Assembly: GCA_033762115.1 (NCBI GenBank)
Contig: JANRLX010000018.1
Coordinates: 1 to 19,909 of the forward strand
Direction: 5' to 3'
Origin: Verrucomicrobiota bacterium
Lineage (GTDB): Bacteria > Verrucomicrobiota > Verrucomicrobiia > Limisphaerales > SXQI01
Length of the DNA: 19,909 nt
Shown: piece after piece, positions 17,501 through 19,909 of the stretch
Numbering within the stretch: the first letter of the stretch is position 1
How the letters are laid out: each line of letters opens with the position of its first letter
The notes under the pieces: generated by a model
Told to the model about the DNA's origin: nothing
Database searches by the model: none
What the model saw: only the letters and a program-made list of their open reading frames with translations
Position numbers and translations under genes: made by a program

Positions 17501-19909
17501 CTTCAGCCAGGGAAAGTTTACTCCGTGTAATCCGTTCAGCCGCTGCGATCGTCAGGGGCATTTCCAAACCTGCTGCCCATTCATTTTTCGAAATTGAACC
17601 TGTGACCAAATCCTCGACCATGCCTGTCATGCTGCCGGAAAGGGGATCGAGGTTGATCATACGCACTTTTTTAAGCTCGCGACCACTCGCGGAGAAAGTT
17701 CGCTGTTCCTCAGGAATAAGGCCGCTAAAGGCAGTGCCATAAGTAAAAATGGTCACATTTGTGAATGATTCCGGAGAATTCTCCACCATCACTTCAACTG
17801 CTTTTTTGCCATGGCTTTTTAGCTCGTACCCGACCCAATTCGTGAAGTGACGGACAGCATCAATTCGTTGAATCCACTTTAATTCCTTCTCCATTCCCAA
17901 AGGCTTTGGCAGCACAAAATGAGTCGTGGCGAGCAGCTGATACCGTAGTTTTCCCGTTACTGGTTCCAGGAGCGGGGAAATTCCGGTAGTTGCAGCTCTG
18001 TTTTCAAACTGGTCGCTCCGAACCAGATTTCCCTGCTCATCATGGAAATTTTTAGTTATCCAATGCCTGCTAACAATCTCCAAAGGAGAATCGTAAAGCC
18101 CATAGGTTTCGACAGTCTGCTCCCCTGTCACATAATTAAGACGGAATTTGCTTAAAACCAGGGTGTTGGTGCTGATCTCCAGCGCTGATTGAGACCATGA
18201 CTGGAGAGTTTTCGTTTCTTCCAATAGCTTTCCGATTTTGGGTTCATGAACATTCCCTACATTGATGAATGTCCGGGTCCCGCTTTCGATTCCTTTGCTA
18301 TCAATATTTACTACTGTGATTCGCTCATCGGTGGTGACCTGGCAAAGTTGCCCATCTTGGAAAAAAACATTCTCGATTAATCCAGACAATTGGTTGGTGC
18401 GAATCTGGTTGAAACTGCCAACAGGGAATTCAACCGTGACAAAGAACTCTCGTCTGGTTCCATCCTCAAAAAGGAAAGGCAGCCTGAATCCTGCAAAGCG
18501 GTTCAACCTTATCCTTGCCCGCTCAAGGAATGGCAAGCGTTGCACTTGTTGAACAACCTGACTAAATGCGTCTGACCCATATCCAACTCCATTTGTAAAT
18601 TCGTCCAGAAAATCTAATGCAGGAGATCCGATGACCGTTGCCCCGTCCATCTGATGGATTTCATTCAAGTAAACAATCGGCTGTTTCTGCTCAAGGGCAC
18701 GAGCACGAAGAATCGAAGCATTTAAATTCTTTTCGACAGCACGAACGTTTTTCTGAATTTGAAACTGTGATGGAATTAACGTCCATCTTCTGAGTTGCGA
18801 GTCGTCGTCATTGGTCTCCCTAAAAGTAAAAGCGCTGAAATATGGATCATGGCTCTTCAAGGAAGTCTGGGTGAGCCTGAATGCATCGTTTCGCGACCTG
18901 GACAGATCACCTATGATTTGCTCAAGAGAACGATCCGGTTTGATTCCGAGTTCCTCATATTTTGCGAGCCTCCGTAATTCAAACAATCCCCCTAACAAAG
19001 CCGCAAATCCCTCTGTTGCCCCGCTTCCCTTCTCGATCATTGTTTGTATGACCCGTTCGCCATTGTTTGAATCAGTGATAAGAAGTTCTTTGATGACTCC
19101 CCCCTCCAGCAGGGCACCTTCAAATTGTTTGAACTTTTCCAATTCCTCCGCCGCAAGCTCGGATTGTTCTTCATACGCTTTTAATCCATAAATGATCAGC
19201 GCTGTTTTCCCTCGATATTTTCCTTCAGAAATTACATGGGAGAACACAGCGAGATGTGTTTCACGCCAGTTTCCGATCCCGTCTGGAATTCGCACATAGC
19301 CCAGTGGTGCCATTCTCCCGCTGCGAATTTCCTTTTCCATTGAGGTTCGGGTCGGAAAGCGTTCAACGATCTTTGTTCCGACCACCCCAAACGCATAGTC
19401 ATTTGTGAATGCATGGTTGTGCTCCTTCAACAGGCCGCGTTTGTAAAACATCAGCAGTGGAAACCCAAATGCACGGATTTCGTAAGCAGCGAGGTCAGTC
19501 AGTTGCAACGCATAGGGAAAAGGCTTTTCCAGTTCCTTTTTGGCATAAGTGCGCTTGCCCAATCGCACCACCGTATTGACCAATGCCCGAACATCCACAC
19601 TGATGTCAAAATATTGCGCCCATGCACGACGCGGGCCATTCCCTTCAGCAAGTTGCTCAAGTGAAATCCCATTTAACGGAGTGTAAATGCGTTCGTTCAG
19701 CAAGACCGCCAAAATGGTTTTCAGATGCAGTTCTCCTGAAAGTGAAAAGTAGGGACTATTAAAAATATCCCGAAGAATGCCCGATTCGGATCGACCCGTG
19801 ACTTTCCCCACGCTGGTCAGGATTCCCATGAAGTTGCTATAACGTGCATCATTCATTTGCAAACGTGCGAGGCGCAGCATTGCTTGAAGATCCTCTTCAC
19901 TGACGCTTT
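8532..19909 (-). CDS. Giant (>3,790 aa, 5'-truncated) multidomain membrane protein with a C-terminal processive glycosyltransferase (GT2/GT48-like)
   Basis: Uninterrupted ORF. The frame stays open upstream of ATG 19880 (codons read SVSEEDLQA to the edge). One TM at about 13390-13460, a TM block at about 11475-12530, a soluble GT-A-like region at about 10090-11460 with FKAGG, LDRNA, ISEDTW, KIRE and FPRWSGG, then a TM block at about 8785-10070. Confidence 0.85.
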   Translation of the reverse strand, partial: SVSEEDLQAMLRLARLQMNDARYSNFMGILTSVGKVTGRSESGILRDIFNSPYFSLSGELHLKTILAVLLNERIYTPLNGISLEQLAEGNGPRRAWAQYFDISVDVRALVNTVVRLGKRTYAKKELEKPFPYALQLTDLAAYEIRAFGFPLLMFYKRGLLKEHNHAFTNDYAFGVVGTKIVERFPTRTSMEKEIRSGRMAPLGYVRIPDGIGNWRETHLAVFSHVISEGKYRGKTALIIYGLKAYEEQSELAAEELEKFKQFEGALLEGGVIKELLITDSNNGERVIQTMIEKGSGATEGFAALLGGLFELRRLAKYEELGIKPDRSLEQIIGDLSRSRNDAFRLTQTSLKSHDPYFSAFTFRETNDDDSQLRRWTLIPSQFQIQKNVRAVEKNLNASILRARALEQKQPIVYLNEIHQMDGATVIGSPALDFLDEFTNGVGYGSDAFSQVVQQVQRLPFLERARIRLNRFAGFRLPFLFEDGTRREFFVTVEFPVGSFNQIRTNQLSGLIENVFFQDGQLCQVTTDERITVVNIDSKGIESGTRTFINVGNVHEPKIGKLLEETKTLQSWSQSALEISTNTLVLSKFRLNYVTGEQTVETYGLYDSPLEIVSRHWITKNFHDEQGNLVRSDQFENRAATTGISPLLEPVTGKLRYQLLATTHFVLPKPLGMEKELKWIQRIDAVRHFTNWVGYELKSHGKKAVEVMVENSPESFTNVTIFTYGTAFSGLIPEEQRTFSASGRELKKVRMINLDPLSGSMTGMVEDLVTGSISKNEWAAGLEMPLTIAAAERITRSKLSLAEDSIVSETRTTSGEILEQREMYWDERSGKWQSVIRKFADGLEIGPKEIQTHSASGRLEKIQIGDQIEVRPIYDSDGVEIARHRFIKDQQGAYSTLTHKLGVYRWNSGALTSEEEVLVEGATYQRLRVFHDHLGRRTGHSMEDIGMRTTNFFAGSTDRVIRSETYNSSGLISATETGTLQSLETNQVISLRHVPNWGLVKTNYLRADDPFGRSILVQYENGETLRDRAWFPGTDIATLSEQFDPGGRLLARSKRRPFPEKVMEQSVDEVKEQRFNMWGDETFSTKRMMLRGTDLVLQSFSSDEAIIHHPDARNLPAYSISLNGTGKTLFLDGKRHTNISAIFLEGLVGTNATDRNILQLTRIELEHGQVSALISEYDRSGKLLNQTEKLLPNSFLSAPEALNDIVSLTPVSGRTIFRYEPGSLMPIEEGFLFQRNTSSSNGAVPVNISSRQFITSIEVRERSLRSYQTNGSSDLFVSRRMSRPTLLRTNSFLPGESHEWLLWREAEYSEDGDALVTGNSIYNGEGKHSVTISEKQTSDGREARKALYTITALPLEDLTTSLTFSNKSLLPLPANDLSIADFVYFQVGQPEQSVGLRFEDSKGRSVLVRDDASRKGEVRFWAADPSNVRWLPDRSIPEQACSIQVKGVDKKNIRIVSIHELASAGLDVHDVRSVEVSPVPESLVSVIISPMRMVVRGASFVKDHKPLIHEFIEESRTSGLEILTRRDLNLKIENSADEDESFIRLGGKLIGLRHVRQGTPSYPVLVILDQRNTGKPQPLYALSPETGRFLEHYRTESGAESLVYTIVNGFQPPRYDLYRATVLEDELTSGEIGYGYDYSVRIRYAKGQDWATALLAEAHNNIVANLFKHSWDQIIAKVIPIEDQQRRETINYFTLHDAAIQSRVIARLPMLVEQTISTAELPWTNAVDVGEESIEIPRSLSLELLRLHIKSFPAPGTGLIPTANHPATRRFVDTVREADIIQLCLHLGEKNLARELMQFYEEKSNGGTVPLHASYDGLSGTARAVSPEYLRPIYAPNTAEAQIAIAECALLYGLQAGEARFIRFGKNLLSTLLREFRTGVDIPAVSESIARRKRTQYGMTQWPTAAEYSLTSNARLLLLLENLRSNSSIIQQIDSSWWEEMQRISENLKPWIQSNFVIRAIASGVPPRGLFEIQEVKGETSALAPERISSTPSWITLLEAGDVLEVDKIQQREWLENLARGHGVWMSNVWGLDWSLAITRPEIITPYWTARYLRLLDRNHMDREAGFVRQQLLKMRGENSWEVALTKKAPAKPLQLENGRVLYPDKSRSQGDRELAVHAALDAHNWSKLSTNGFKSQRFEESVDGHVSDFRIFLVIAFAFYGFILCSTLFWWRFRGFRHSSAGLNGNEVVTFPVMQLAEERWANRVLGLIVPEGAEMTRYSNSPVEQNFLMQLRTIYKLVLEWRRSENKWPVDGRELVSDEKDPWLNGADEFAVIVGIYMRSVIKTGTKDGFSKTDVLKENEDSNHIWSRLLIYFSEYYWSLLELMRQVQEEKAKQQSEQTVRATLQPIPGFNEDDGASESERAMTRLNEQIGTLLNAMGMRQRFQPFDARKLFNFPANPDAMDLMVIQKPGATLTSVIEEMDKKLKIPRRVSEGFISKYKAFKKRERPYPVHPYLIEYAKVMPHFFLMGLGATVIYNATLGEGSMVQYLWGLISQAALSPASLLWAVPIAIGIGFSYIAQFTRIYRYDSRMASRPREAMLLDLTVTTFFSKPQSTSSGRKEGKWWNAEWYEPAGLAFRVIGLAVLFAGLMSIETASFTTFLLIKGLLSIVVLAELLGIIFPLLAEWISKSAQDRVTTGDSVPRAIRFLNSLNITATKPASTLWLSIKYHTQPSAPTGGFWPLVQATLFYFGLTALFFTVGVFLCQEMFPLWFTEKYLLGDNVKMFIGAIIFWNTMYLLRYGLFLLCTGIASFLATWPLRGCVLIAALVDLALLNWGPRFGVVLPGGFAAQIIFALIAIVVSVSESSIISWWRRVAHSKQHLASEDTAFLHRLDVAKSSESNRLGIVYMSGDDLACQKLTPVLLLARWRLLREKLGSSSIPLLKEMGPAPDDAALQQLFQELYDAEKKAAVTLWHPSQIRVAGEEHHLESSLTIEAASKEIRQRMVIAWHYRRWLVTMMSTAGHAQDTGVNLVDFALRLDREKLAAQTVFYLVQNKFDQSEGNRPSELNYLGGELAQRNKLARLLCALAPGARAYNLQNWTPFGFKAGGLTGMDLVHEESLKLSTLLFLDRNANVHDLDAVMSDITCAMADPNVVVVIPGRGTTNTHTAIGQASQLVEEGHRSFLKGLMSWLGGKGSEAVGTGWGNIVACHYGRVQRALLNPQTPKMPLTNRMMRGSSFAVRTEGLIGFTPHAVGISEDTWAVSQAAHHAMALGYRAKFLVSQALWHKIRETWSHSEWLASFPRWSGGYLQMMHDPVMQKINDFGPAPIFCKEIRANSGRNFLTAPFALLNILAMPLAIMFDVTPFVQILIVLWNFGFVMNQILTIHGLNAYLESTGFRKEFALLVTLITGLLMYAGNQLSTTTVAWLPLVLLASGYTVGIGRWLYTRLRDVLLFGPQLVLHAIGQMVRQTLEFTVSGASPEDVRGVNVAYRTLVGPREDKAQERFANLINLRTVVWGIGLFSLTTNLIALTSLDMLNVLLLLPSFLFSVSTIAGPFLMAPHPGNAIGKWIALPKILGWSASITFYIFVSLLVAEGGFASLGAGLLLSTIMVLLLVWALRCITVRFEFGRLHRQLLQLFKNWDLLNPNEAAELFLKLDLRYETATEKLIATWRLDQAQREALVPYLLTLSRIQTRLQPPGLLTKKNPRALSEFLRTFVLSFLILLCFFIVPVPGLLVFSAGNYSMSMSLGNVTLIVAGAILICIASYWISKITEKFSIWGVFGFGGLVREVEMAYQRLQAATVGKRALTDEEISYCYALFTDLQTYIDQRSYAYARAALQKLRERLDAAQAG

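Noticed and set aside
15870..18400. Rhs/polymorphic toxin interpretation of the YD-like repeats
   Set aside because: No RHS core DPxG cleavage motif, toxin tip or immunity gene; the repeats continue into glycan-related and membrane domains.
8571..19664. Many 60-140 aa ORFs overlapping the giant gene
   Set aside because: Off-frame or antisense ORFs inside an uninterrupted 11-kb coding frame, with no motifs.
1..19909. tRNA, rRNA, CRISPR arrays, IS/integrase or a glycine riboswitch
   Set aside because: None seen. Intergenic spaces are short, and only 11 nt precede gcvT, leaving no room for a riboswitch.

Overview
Bacterial chromosomal window, about 50% GC. The protein styles (BamB-like PQQ propeller, HzsA-related protein with an 'S.DL..W...FFRL' tail) suggest Verrucomicrobiota/PVC; this is inference only. 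The left part is a + strand run: the 3' end of a BH0493-type uronate isomerase, a secreted PQQ-repeat beta-propeller, an FNR-family FAD/NAD(P) oxidoreductase, gcvT and gcvH (no gcvP in the window). Convergent with these is a secreted HzsA-related c-type heme protein. A 319-bp divergent intergenic region carries a near-consensus sigma-54 promoter, several palindromes and a long 5'-UTR hairpin in front of a secreted low-complexity protein. The right 12 kb is a - strand pair: a giant membrane protein (>3,790 aa, reading frame open past the window edge) followed by a PIG-L/LmbE deacetylase. The giant protein is the most notable element. It appears to fuse YD/RHS-like beta-repeats, a CBM-like module and a possibly degenerate (alpha/alpha)6 glycosidase-like domain to a multi-TM processive glycosyltransferase. 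The motifs (DxN, SED, KxRE, RW) and topology of that transferase look intermediate between GT2 synthases and eukaryotic GT48 (FKS/callose) beta-1,3-glucan synthases. All domain calls come from reading motifs by eye; no searches were run.
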